Shown here piece after piece: positions 9,220 through 18,347 of a stretch of DNA of 64,000 bases. Under the pieces are notes generated by a model. That model searched no databases. It saw only the letters and a list, made by a program, of their open reading frames with translations, and was not told the origin of the DNA. Position 1 is the stretch's first letter. Each line of letters begins with the position of its first letter. The DNA is from a bacterium (lineage in GTDB: Bacteria > UBA8248). Both the position numbers and the translations under genes were made by a program. The stretch spans positions 2,688,001 through 2,752,000 of the forward strand of contig CBDBBI010000010.1 in the NCBI GenBank assembly GCA_965202625.1. Reading direction: 5' to 3'.

Positions 9220-10377
9220 TTACTCGAGCATCGCCAGCAGCAGGCGCTTCATGTCCTCTTGGGTGGAGGGGACCGGGTTCGTGTTGACCTGGTGGCTTTC
9301 CGCCGCGTCTTTCGCCATGACGTCCAAGTCTTCGTTCACGACGTCCGCCTCTCTGAGGGTCGCCGGAATGCCGATGTCCCTGTTGATTTCGCGGATGGCT
9401 TCTATCGTGGTTTGCGCCGTATGCGTCGTATCCTCCCTTTTCTCGGATGGGACAAGGAGGGGAGACATGCGCGCGTAGGTTTCGCGCATGACAGGAAGGT
9501 TGAACTCCATGACGGGCGGCAAAAATATGCCGTTTGCCGTGCCGTGGTGAAGCCCGTGGTGGGCTCCCAGCGGATGCGCGAGCGAGTGCACGATGCCGAG
9601 TCCCGTGTTGGTGAATGCGCGTCCGGCGAGCGTGGCCGCGAGGGAGATGGCGTCCGCCGCCTCCGGGTCGGAGGGATCGTTCACGTACGCTCTACCGCGC
9701 TCGCCGACATAGGTGATGGCCTGAAACGCCAGGGCTTCCGTCCATGGGTTGGAGTTGGGTGATCCGAGGGATTCAATGGCGTGGGTGAGCGTGTCCATCA
9801 TCGCGCCCGCTGCGATATGGGAGGGAAGCTTAGCGAGCAGTGTGGAGTCGATGACGGCGACTTTTGCGAACAGCGAATGATCGGCCAAGACCGTTTTGAT
9901 TTTCAGTGCCGTATCCGTGACGATGGCACTTGAAGTGACCTCGCTTCCTGTGCCGGCCGTGGTGGGAACGGTGATGAGTGGCGGACCGGGCTTCGTCGCT
10001 TTTCCCCGGCCATAGTAGTCGCTCGGCGCGCCTCCGTTCGCGACGATGGACAGGGTCGCCTTGGCGGTGTCCATCGTGCTTCCGCCGCCGGCGGCGATGA
10101 ACCCATCACAGCCGTGCTGGGTGAAAAAATCCCGGGCCTTCATGATGCTAGTGTCCGTGGGGTTTGTTTCGGCTTGATCGTAGAACTGATATTCGATCGA
10201 TGTGCTTTCAAGCCCCTCCATGAGGGAGTGCAGCACCCCACTGGAGGCGAGTCCCGGATCGGTGACGAGCATGGGTTTAGAAAGTCCGAGATTCCTCGCT
10301 TCCTCTCCAACGCGCACGACTTCTCCGCGACCGAAGCGAATTTGAGGACCAGATGCGATTTGAAACGCTTTAACCAT
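9220..10377 (-). CDS. Iron-containing alcohol dehydrogenase
   Basis: GGGSTMDTAK, PTTAGTGSEVT, DTLTHAIES, HSLAH..G....HHG. Confidence 0.93.
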   Translation of the reverse strand: MVKAFQIASGPQIRFGRGEVVRVGEEARNLGLSKPMLVTDPGLASSGVLHSLMEGLESTSIEYQFYDQAETNPTDTSIMKARDFFTQHGCDGFIAAGGGSTMDTAKATLSIVANGGAPSDYYGRGKATKPGPPLITVPTTAGTGSEVTSSAIVTDTALKIKTVLADHSLFAKVAVIDSTLLAKLPSHIAAGAMMDTLTHAIESLGSPNSNPWTEALAFQAITYVGERGRAYVNDPSDPEAADAISLAATLAGRAFTNTGLGIVHSLAHPLGAHHGLHHGTANGIFLPPVMEFNLPVMRETYARMSPLLVPSEKREDTTHTAQTTIEAIREINRDIGIPATLREADVVNEDLDVMAKDAAESHQVNTNPVPSTQEDMKRLLLAMLE

Positions 10378-10394
10378 AAAAAGACATTCCTTCG

Positions 10395-11030
10395 CTATTC
10401 GAATGAGGGTTTGGAGAAAGCGTGAAGCGCGATCTGATAATCTTTCTCCGTGTCAATGTCGAGGAATACATTCCCATTGCGTAAGTGGAGAAAAACGATC
10501 TTTTCAGGAAATTCCATTTCGAGTTTCTGGATGATTCGCCTTCCCCCCTCGTCTCCGGTGATTCTCCGCAGTTCATCCGTCAGCGAAGCGGAGAACAACG
10601 TGGGGTTTCCGCGCCTACCTTCGAACAGCGGTACTACGATTTGTGTTCTTGGGCGGGATACGCCGTAAAGTGCTATAATGTCGTCCACGATTTCAGGAGT
10701 CAGAAGAGGCTGATCCCCCAATGCGAACAAATAGGCGTCGGCGGCTTTCGCCGCTGCGTTCAGCCCGGCGATTACGCTTGTGCTTTGTCCCTCGGCGTAA
10801 CGGGGATTATGCGTGAAACACACGTCCAGTTCTTTCAGGGCGTCCTTAATCATTGCCTCCGCGTGGCCTGTGACGAGGATGACCTCTGAAACCGAGCTCT
10901 CAAGCAGGACCTTCGCCGTTTTTCGGATGACGGTATCCGCACCCAAGGGCAACAGAAGTTTGTTCCGTCCCAGGCGTTTCGATCGCCCTGCGGCGAGCAG
11001 TATCGCGCTGACGTGGTTTGAATCCGTCAT
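10395..11030 (-). CDS. mocA: Molybdenum cofactor cytidylyltransferase-like nucleotidyltransferase
   Basis: AILLAAGRSKRLGRNKLLL, GQSTS, LGDQP, GNPTLF, GDEGGR, DIDT. Start moved to ATG 11030 (GGAG RBS, downstream of the predicted promoter). Confidence 0.85.
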   Translation of the reverse strand: MTDSNHVSAILLAAGRSKRLGRNKLLLPLGADTVIRKTAKVLLESSVSEVILVTGHAEAMIKDALKELDVCFTHNPRYAEGQSTSVIAGLNAAAKAADAYLFALGDQPLLTPEIVDDIIALYGVSRPRTQIVVPLFEGRRGNPTLFSASLTDELRRITGDEGGRRIIQKLEMEFPEKIVFLHLRNGNVFLDIDTEKDYQIALHAFSKPSFE

Positions 11031-11079
11031 CGTGGCACTCTCCACAGAAACAGAACACAATGCCCAGCGTCTTGCTGCC

Positions 11080-11109
11080 ATGGTAGAGAGGCGGACGCTT
11101 GCATGTCAA
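11080..11109 (-). promoter_or_regulatory. Sigma70-like promoter for mocA-adh-hpt
   Basis: Minus strand TTGACA-N18-TACCAT. Confidence 0.55.
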
Positions 11110-11138
11110 TTCTCGATGTGCGCCCGAAAGCCTTTCCG

Positions 11139-11168
11139 TTGACAAGACCTCACCCTGCGCCCTAATAT
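11139..11168 (+). promoter_or_regulatory. Sigma70-like promoter for the cyclase gene (divergent)
   Basis: TTGACA-N18-TAATAT. Confidence 0.5.
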
Positions 11169-11347
11169 TATTGAAAAGTGGAAAAGTTCTCAAAATCCAT
11201 GGACATTTCGTTGAGAAATCTGCATGTGGGCTAAAGAATTTCGCTGGTTTGTCGTGGCCAATGCTAGGGATGCGCTTCGTTTGACTGATCGGGAAGCAGG
11301 AGATGATTCACTTACTTAATTGAGGAACATGCCGGAGGAGCGTAAGG

Positions 11348-12061
11348 ATGGCATATAAAAATCATGAAATTGTGGATCTCACTCAGGAAATCTATCAGGG
11401 GCAGCCCGTGTTTGTGGGGCATCCTGACACTTGGCGATGGACGAACATGACGCATGAGGAAAGTGTGGCTAGCGGCCGCTTTAAGAGCGAGATGAGCTAT
11501 TATTCTGGCATCGTTCAGTTTTGCGAGCACGGCCCCACGCATGTGGATTCTATTAGCCATCTGGACCCCGCGCCCGATGCGCCCCATATCGATGAGATGA
11601 ACTTCAACTCTTTCTACAGTCGGGGGATAGCGATTGATTTTGAGAACGTGCAGGACAACAGCTACATCAACGTGGACGACGTCAAAAGACGACTTGATCA
11701 CTACAACTACGAGATAAGACCGGGCGATACCCTCCTCTACACGTACGGGCACTTCAAGCGGCATCACCCGACTGCCTTGTATACCGTGGCTTATGCTGGC
11801 TGGACGCGCGCCGCGGCCGAGTATGTATATGGCGAGTGCGGCGCAATCAACGTGGGCACCGACGCCCCCAGCATGGATATGGCGACCAGCCCGGAATATC
11901 CTTGCCACCTCGTGTGCCGCGAGTTGGGTCGAACCAACACGGAGAATCTGTGCAACATCGAAGATGTGGTCGGCAAGGAGTTCCTGTACATCGGGCTTCC
12001 TCTCAAGATCCGAGGCGGGTCGGGTTCGCCGATTCGAGCGATAGCCGTGCTCAACGCTTGA
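11348..12061 (+). CDS. Cyclase family protein (kynurenine formamidase/isatin hydrolase-like metallohydrolase)
   Basis: IVDLT, HGPTHVDSISH (variant of HxGTHxDxPxH), GTDAPSMD, ENL, LPLKIRGGSGSPIRA. Confidence 0.9.
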   Translation: MAYKNHEIVDLTQEIYQGQPVFVGHPDTWRWTNMTHEESVASGRFKSEMSYYSGIVQFCEHGPTHVDSISHLDPAPDAPHIDEMNFNSFYSRGIAIDFENVQDNSYINVDDVKRRLDHYNYEIRPGDTLLYTYGHFKRHHPTALYTVAYAGWTRAAAEYVYGECGAINVGTDAPSMDMATSPEYPCHLVCRELGRTNTENLCNIEDVVGKEFLYIGLPLKIRGGSGSPIRAIAVLNA

Positions 12062-12082
12062 CTTCTCTCATGTGAGAGGGAC

Positions 12083-12300
12083 ATGAAGGCTTTGGTGAGG
12101 CCAGTGAAGGGCCCCGGGTAGGTGAATATAAAGGTTGTCCACGCCGGTATCTGCGCATGGACGTGCACATCGCGTCGGGCGCGGTTTTCACTATTCCCCC
12201 TGTGGTCTTGAGCCACGAGTTCTCCGACGAGGTGGTGCAAATGGGCCAATGGGGCGAGTAAATTTCCCTGGAGTGCGGGTCTTGGCTAGCCGGACGGCGA
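12083..12300 (+). pseudogene. Degraded Zn-dependent (MDR) alcohol dehydrogenase relic
   Basis: Hand translation MKALVRPVKGPG*VNIKVVHAGIC, then after a frameshift DVHIASG..TIPPVVLSHEFSDEVV. This is an eroded GICxxDxH and GHEF motif pair. The rest is unrecognisable and the 3' limit is uncertain. Confidence 0.72.
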
Positions 12301-12725
12301 AGGAGAGGTGGATGCTCGTCCATTTTAGCGACGTGTCCGAGACGGACTTCAAAGTGTAGGGTTTTCACGTGTTCGGTTCAGTTAAGCAGGATTAGAGGCG
12401 AATTTAAGATAGGTTCATCTCCATGGCTACCGTCGACGTGTCCTGTGACGTTCACTGCGTCCTCCGTTGTAGCTTAATAGGATGGGCGATTTCGTATCAT
12501 TTCATTCGGGGAGGCGATGAAGCGGGCGACACTGAAGGCGGACGCCAGGTTCGCCATCGTTCGCTGCGGGTGTGGGGCTACATGACGAATCCACCCACCC
12601 AGGCGCGCATGGCCGATGATGCGCTGCCGGCCTGGAGGCGGATGGATACCATAAAGGGGTGGACCTGTTCAATCTACAAAGATATGCGGAATAATCCAAA
12701 GCGTTCATTTGAAAGGACGGCGCAC

Positions 12726-13229
12726 ATGAGCATCGACCCGAAGGAGTTGAGAACGGCTCTTGGTAGATTCGCCACCGGCGTCACTGTGGTCACCGCGAAA
12801 ACGTGGACCGAAGCCCGCGGAATGACGGCCAACGCGTTTTCCTCGCTTTCACTCGACCCGCCGCTCGTTTTGGTGTGTTTTGACAACAAGGCATCAAGTT
12901 TGAGGGTGGTGCGGGAGGCGGGAAAGTTCGCCGTCAACTTCTTGGCCGAGGAGCAAAAAGGCGCTTCGGACTGGTTTGCTGGAAAGGGCAGGGATTCGGG
13001 GGATCAGTTCGCGAACATCGTGCATGAGATGGGAGAGAACGGATCGCCCCTGCTCACGGGAAACGCGGGCGTTTTGGAGTGCGACCTCCACGAGGAATTC
13101 CCCGGCGGGGATCACACCATCGTCGTGGGGCGCGTGACACGCGTGCTGGTGGATGAGGAAATTTGCCCCCCGCTGCTTTTTTATGGCAGCGCCTATCGTA
13201 AGATGGATATGGACGGTGTCTACGACTGA
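12726..13229 (+). CDS. Flavin reductase family protein (HpaC/RutF-like)
   Basis: LRTALGRFATGVTVVT, GMTANAFSSLSLDPPLVL, GDHTIVVGRV. ATG 12726 has an AAGGA RBS. Confidence 0.93.
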   Translation: MSIDPKELRTALGRFATGVTVVTAKTWTEARGMTANAFSSLSLDPPLVLVCFDNKASSLRVVREAGKFAVNFLAEEQKGASDWFAGKGRDSGDQFANIVHEMGENGSPLLTGNAGVLECDLHEEFPGGDHTIVVGRVTRVLVDEEICPPLLFYGSAYRKMDMDGVYD

Positions 13230-13275
13230 GCTTTCACCCCTAGACCGGATTTTATAAATTTCGCAAGGAGCGTCC

Positions 13276-14037
13276 TTGGCTTCGTATCACGCGGTTGCAT
13301 TTGATATCTTTGACACACTCGTTGATTTTGACGTTTCCCTTTTTCCGGTGGTCGAAATCGATGGAAAAGAGGAGAAGACCACTTCCAGAGCAGCTTATGA
13401 TGCCCTTTACGAAAGCGGCTTCTTGGTGCCCAATTATTCGGCCTTCCACCAGCTTTGGGTGCGGAACTCACAGGAAGTGTGGGCGGAGCGCAACCGGGAC
13501 CCGGAGCACAGGGAAGTTCGCTCGATACGTCGTTTTCGACGCCTGATGGCGTTTTTGGTGGCGATTCCCCCAAAAGATAGGGAAAGCGCCGCCCGAACGG
13601 CGATGAACGCCCACATGGATGGCATCGCGCGCTCCGTTGTGTTTGACCGGCGTCGACTCAACCTCCTGGCGAAGATAAAAGACGCTGGCCTGCCGATAGG
13701 ACTCATCAGCAATTTCGACCATGCGCCTACCGCCCGGCGAATTATAGAACGAGAGGGGCTCGTCCCTTATCTCGATACCATTCATATTTCAGAGGATGAG
13801 GGCTTCAGAAAGCCGGCGGCGTCTTTGTTTCTCAACGCGGCGGAAAAGTTGGGGGCGCCGCCGAAAGAGGCGCTCTTCGTGGGCGATACGTTTGAGGCTG
13901 ACGTGGAGGGCCCGCAAGGTGTGGGCATGCCATGCGCATGGCTGAACAAAAAAGGAACACCGGTTCCCGAGGGAAGCGATCCGCCTGATTTTGAGATCAA
14001 AACTCTGGAGAGCGTGCTTCCGATTCTCGGTCTGTAG
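13276..14037 (+). CDS. HAD-superfamily hydrolase
   Basis: FDIFDTLVD, ISNFD, RKP, FVGDTFEADVEG. Confidence 0.9.
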   Translation: MASYHAVAFDIFDTLVDFDVSLFPVVEIDGKEEKTTSRAAYDALYESGFLVPNYSAFHQLWVRNSQEVWAERNRDPEHREVRSIRRFRRLMAFLVAIPPKDRESAARTAMNAHMDGIARSVVFDRRRLNLLAKIKDAGLPIGLISNFDHAPTARRIIEREGLVPYLDTIHISEDEGFRKPAASLFLNAAEKLGAPPKEALFVGDTFEADVEGPQGVGMPCAWLNKKGTPVPEGSDPPDFEIKTLESVLPILGL

Positions 14038-14049
14038 TCCCTGTTTTTC

Positions 14050-14796
14050 GTGAGGATTTATCCCTTGTCAGTTCTCGCGCTTCAGCATGTAGATATGGAA
14101 AGACTATCGCTACTGGAGGAAGTGCTCGATGAGGAAAACCTCTCGTGGTTCTATGTCGCCCTTCACGAAGGGGAGAGTCTCCCTCGCTCTGTGGACGATC
14201 TGAAAGACGTCAGGGCTATCGTCGTCTTGGGCGGCCCCATGGGCGTTTACGAGGAGGAGGCATACCCCTGGCTGAGGGAGGAGATTTGTTTCCTCGGCAA
14301 GGCGCTCCGCGCGGGGTTTCCCGTTTATGGCCTTTGTCTGGGCGCGCAGCTTATGGCTGCGGCATTGGGTGCCCGCGTGTATCCGTCGAAGGAGAAGAAG
14401 GAGATCGGCTGGTTTCCGGTCGTGTTGACCCCGCAAGCGCGGGCGGATCCGCTACTTGCAGACGAGGCGTCGTCCTTCCCCGTTTTTCAGTGGCACGGAG
14501 ATACGTTTGACATTCCGGAGGGTGCTGTTCATCTGGCGTCTTCCGTGCGATATCCCCATCAGGCGTTTCGGTGGGGTGCGTGCGCCTACGCCTTCCAGTT
14601 TCACCTGGAAGTCGGGGCGGATGACATATCCGCGTGGATCGACGTATTTGGGGATGATCTGCGCTCCCCACGCTCGGACGCGAATCCACAAGCGATACAG
14701 GCCGATACGGCGATGCATCTGGAGGCTTTGAACGAACGCGCCAGGTGCTGGTTCGCACTCTGGCTCGCTCTCTCGGGGCTGATCGCCTCGTCTTGA
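14050..14796 (+). CDS. Type 1 glutamine amidotransferase domain protein
   Basis: LGGPMG, nucleophile GLCLGAQL, QWHGDTF, QFHLE. Confidence 0.9.
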   Translation: MRIYPLSVLALQHVDMERLSLLEEVLDEENLSWFYVALHEGESLPRSVDDLKDVRAIVVLGGPMGVYEEEAYPWLREEICFLGKALRAGFPVYGLCLGAQLMAAALGARVYPSKEKKEIGWFPVVLTPQARADPLLADEASSFPVFQWHGDTFDIPEGAVHLASSVRYPHQAFRWGACAYAFQFHLEVGADDISAWIDVFGDDLRSPRSDANPQAIQADTAMHLEALNERARCWFALWLALSGLIASS

Positions 14797-14854
14797 GCTT
14801 GCCCCTTTGTCGGCGAGGGGTCGATTTTATGATTTTGACATAAAGGAACCATTC

Positions 14855-16117
14855 ATGGCAGAGCTTATCCGCGGAGAGATCGTGGCCATCGGCACCGAGA
14901 TGCTTCTTGGCGACCTCATTGACACCAACAGCGCCTTCATCGCCAACCAGCTCAAGTCCATCGGTGTCAACATGTATTACAAGACCACCGTCGGAGATAA
15001 CCTGGAGAGAATCGCGGGCGTCATCAGGCAGGCGCATGAGCGTTCCCAGGTGGTGATCACCACGGGGGGGCTTGGCCCCACGGTTGATGATTTGACGCGG
15101 GAGGCCTGCGCCAAAGTGATGGGCGCGCCACTCGAGTTTCGAGAGGAGTTGTATGATTACATCAACGCCTATTTTCAGCGTCGCGGTTTTCAAATGAGCG
15201 ACAACAACAAGAAGCAAGCCTACGTTCCTGCCAATGCCACCCCCATCGAGAATCCGCGCGGAACGGCACCTTGCTTCATGTGCGAGGATGAGAAAGGAGT
15301 CATCATCGTGAGTCCGGGGGTTCCGCACGAGATGCGCTACATCATCACCGAGCGCGCGCTGCCCATCTTGCGAGAGAAGTTCGACCTGGGCGAGGTCATC
15401 CGGACGCGCGTCCTGAAGACTTGCGGCATCGGCGAATCGCGGGTCGATGAGATGATATCGGACCTGTTTCGTGAATCCGTCAACCCGAGCATCGGTGTGC
15501 TCGCCCACCCTGGGCAGGTGGACGTGCGACTTACTGCGCGCGCGGCGAACGTTGAGGAGGCGGAGGCGATGATCGACGGCCTTGAGGTGAAGGTGCGCGA
15601 GATTCTGGGCTCGGCCATTTACGCCACGGGGGGGGCTACACTTGAGCAGACGCTGGCGCGCGTGCTCGGCGCGCGTGGTAAAAGCATCGCGATCGTCGAG
15701 TCGAATACCGGCGGGGCCTTGCTGCAGAGGCTAAACGCCTGGCCCGAGCGCGTGAAGTTTCTCAGGCGCGGGATCGTCGGTCTGCGTGCGAAGGAGCTGG
15801 CGCACATGTTCGGGGTGGACGAGAGCGCGGGGCCTGAGCGTTTCGCCAAAGTCCTTGCCCGGAGGGTGCGCGAGGAATCGGGCGCCGACATGGGGCTCGC
15901 CGTCTTCGGCCCCAATCCGCCCGAGAATATTGAACCGGAGAACTCTCGCCGGGCGCCGGCGCTGGGCCCTACTTACATGGTGCTTGACACGGACGCGGGG
16001 ACGTTTGACTTCTCGTCGAGCTTCGGGGGCAACGAGCAGTTCGTCCAATCGCGCGCCCCGGTCTACGCGATGGAACTCGTGCGTCGTGCCTTGCTGGGAC
16101 TCGATCCGCTTGTCTGA
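14855..16117 (+). CDS. cinA: CinA-family protein (MocF/COG1058 domain plus divergent PncC-like domain)
   Basis: GTEMLLG..IDTN, VGDN, TGGLGPTVDDLT, PGVPHEM, GIGES, C-terminal ESNTGG. AAGGA RBS before ATG 14855. Confidence 0.9.
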   Translation: MAELIRGEIVAIGTEMLLGDLIDTNSAFIANQLKSIGVNMYYKTTVGDNLERIAGVIRQAHERSQVVITTGGLGPTVDDLTREACAKVMGAPLEFREELYDYINAYFQRRGFQMSDNNKKQAYVPANATPIENPRGTAPCFMCEDEKGVIIVSPGVPHEMRYIITERALPILREKFDLGEVIRTRVLKTCGIGESRVDEMISDLFRESVNPSIGVLAHPGQVDVRLTARAANVEEAEAMIDGLEVKVREILGSAIYATGGATLEQTLARVLGARGKSIAIVESNTGGALLQRLNAWPERVKFLRRGIVGLRAKELAHMFGVDESAGPERFAKVLARRVREESGADMGLAVFGPNPPENIEPENSRRAPALGPTYMVLDTDAGTFDFSSSFGGNEQFVQSRAPVYAMELVRRALLGLDPLV

Positions 16118-16820
16118 CGTGTTTGGAAGGTGAAAATAACCGAAAAAGCGTCCCCATTTTCCCTGGGTACGTCGCGGGGCGGGTTGTGGCTCGCGTCCAT
16201 TCCGCCCCATGCGCGGCGCCTTCCTGAAGCGCAGCCTCCGTTCGTCGTTTTACGATTTTGACGCGCCATGGAGATTCTCCTTCGGTATCGCTGACAGGAC
16301 CCTTTCCTGGTTCTCAATTTGCTCAAACGAAGCGCGTCCTCTCATCCGCCGCGGTGGTTTTCTCTCTCGTTCAATGTCGTCCGCGCCGTTGGTCTCGCTA
16401 TCACTCCAGCGTCGGTCGCGTCGTTCGTCATGTTCCCCTACCGCATTCCCGCAGACACCCGTCTTCTCGCTGATTTGCGTCCCTGCTCACGAAATCCTCC
16501 CGCCGAAGGGCGCCGCTAGGGGGAGGGGTGAAAGAGTGAATCTTTCGCGCGCGCCTCGTTTCTTGGTAGAAGAGCCGGCTCGACGGTGTTTCAGGATGTG
16601 GGTGTTGCGGTCGTTGTTGGTTCGGGAGCGGCGGGGGCGTCTTAGCGTGTCACGGGAGATGATAGATGCAGCGCGGCCGTTTCCTCGAGACGGCGCGAGA
16701 TAAGTGGGTTTACAAAATGAAAAACGCTTGCGAAAATAGAGGGTCAAAATAGAGACATAAACGTTCTTGTTGAGATAGTCGGTTTTCGGGAAGTATCCGT
16801 TCGATCTTTGGAAAGGTGTT

Positions 16821-18323
16821 TTGATGATCTGGAGGGAAACGCGTCTCCCCGCGCAGTGCGCACCTAACCTGCGAGCCATGATGCGTTCGGCAAAGCTGCG
16901 GCGAGTTGGCGTGTTGTTATCCCTTGGAGCGGCCGTGTTCCTGGGTGCCGTGTTCCTGGGTAAGATATACTTCTCTCGTGACCTACCTGAAGAGTCCGCT
17001 CCAGCCGCGAATGCGCTCGGATCTTCTGAGACGCCCGCAGCCCTGAAGGCGCGCGCCGCCGCACCTGCCCAAACGCCTCGCGTTCTGGTGCGCCGGAAGC
17101 TTGCGGAACGGGAGCTTCCAGAAGGGGGGCTAGAGGAGACTGCCGAAAGCCCGTCTGAGAGGAATGGGTTCACTACGCGCGCAGGTAAATTCTCGAGGGC
17201 GGACACCGTCAGCGGCGTGTTGAGCGCGCATGGCCTGGGTCGTTCGGAGATTCAGGATATCGTGGCGAGCGTGCCCGAAAAACGCGTTTTTTCGCGCATT
17301 CGGGCGGGGCGCCGATATGTGGTGCGCAAACAGGACGGCGAGTTTCGTGAATTCGTTTTCCACCTCGACAACGAGCGTCGGCTTCGGGTTTCTCGCACGC
17401 CGGCGGGAACGCTGAAGGCGACGAAAGAGGCCATTCCCTATTTGGTGGATGTCGTTCGCATGCAATCGCGCGTCAATGACTCCTTGCACCAGGCCATTGC
17501 CGACGCGGGGGGTTCTCCCGGGCTGGTGAACAAGCTGAGCGATATTTTTGCATACGTCATTGACTTCGATAAGGATTTGCAAAATGGAGATCAGGTGGAG
17601 GCACTGATTGAGCGCAGGCGTCTTGAAGGTGAGTTCGTGGGCTACGGGAGAGTTCTGGCGGCGGAATTCGTGGTGCGGGGCAAGCGTCACACGGCGGTGT
17701 ACTTCGATCACAAGGGCGGCAGATACTATACCTTCGAGGGAAAATCCCTGGCGCGCGCCTTTTTGCGATCCCCACTGCGCTACACGCGGGTCAGTTCCCG
17801 CTTTTCTAGGAGGCGCTTCCATCCCGTGCTCAAGCGCTATCGTCCCCACTTCGGGGTGGACTACGCCGCGCCCCGGGGTACACCCGTCCGCGCGGTCGCC
17901 GATGGAGTCGTCACCTGGAAGGGCCGCAAGAACCAGGCCGGCAAGATGGTGAGACTAAGCCACGACGGGGGCTACGCGACCGCCTATCTCCACCTGTCGC
18001 GATACGCGCGCGGGATTCGCAGGGGCAGGCGTGTTCTCCAGAGGCAGGTGATCGGCTATGTGGGTTCCACGGGACTGTCCACTGGCCCTCATCTGGATTA
18101 CCGTATCACCCACCGAGGGAGGCATCTGGACCCCTTGAAGATGAAACTTCCTCAAGGCGTATCGCTTCCCGGCTCGTTACGCCCCGCGTTCAAGAAGATT
18201 TTGGATGCGCGGCGCGCCATGTTTGACAACCTGCCACTGCTGAAGGACTCTCAGGTTTCCGTCGCCGCCCATGAGAGATTGGCCGAGAGCATGGCCGGGC
18301 GCGGCCGCGCGTCTTGGAACTGA
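16821..18323 (+). CDS. M23 family metallopeptidase (MepM/OapA-like DD-endopeptidase); start may be 16878
   Basis: N-terminal TM helix, RFHPVLKRYRPHFGVDYAAPRGTPV, YLHL, STGLSTGPHLDY. Confidence 0.9.
   Translation: MMIWRETRLPAQCAPNLRAMMRSAKLRRVGVLLSLGAAVFLGAVFLGKIYFSRDLPEESAPAANALGSSETPAALKARAAAPAQTPRVLVRRKLAERELPEGGLEETAESPSERNGFTTRAGKFSRADTVSGVLSAHGLGRSEIQDIVASVPEKRVFSRIRAGRRYVVRKQDGEFREFVFHLDNERRLRVSRTPAGTLKATKEAIPYLVDVVRMQSRVNDSLHQAIADAGGSPGLVNKLSDIFAYVIDFDKDLQNGDQVEALIERRRLEGEFVGYGRVLAAEFVVRGKRHTAVYFDHKGGRYYTFEGKSLARAFLRSPLRYTRVSSRFSRRRFHPVLKRYRPHFGVDYAAPRGTPVRAVADGVVTWKGRKNQAGKMVRLSHDGGYATAYLHLSRYARGIRRGRRVLQRQVIGYVGSTGLSTGPHLDYRITHRGRHLDPLKMKLPQGVSLPGSLRPAFKKILDARRAMFDNLPLLKDSQVSVAAHERLAESMAGRGRASWN
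16932..16961 (+). repeat. Exact 15-bp tandem duplication (GCCGTGTTCCTGGGT x2, AVFLG x2) in the TM anchor
   Basis: Read directly from the sequence. Confidence 0.85.
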
Positions 18324-18347
18324 AGGGAAACGAGGGACAGGGTGCTC

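Noticed and set aside
12423-12725. N-terminal 101-aa extension of the flavin reductase ORF, a possible fusion
   Set aside because: It has no domain features, and ATG 12726 has a good RBS and a typical family start.
14351-15508. 385-aa minus-strand ORF
   Set aside because: Antisense shadow of the GATase and cinA genes with no motifs of its own.
16209-16703. 164-aa plus-strand ORF in the cinA-M23 gap
   Set aside because: Arg/Ser-rich composition, no RBS and no motif, so probably spurious.
18083-18100. M23 motif HLD instead of HxH
   Set aside because: From recall, GPHLD[YF] is a common variant in this peptidase subfamily, so it is not evidence of inactivation.
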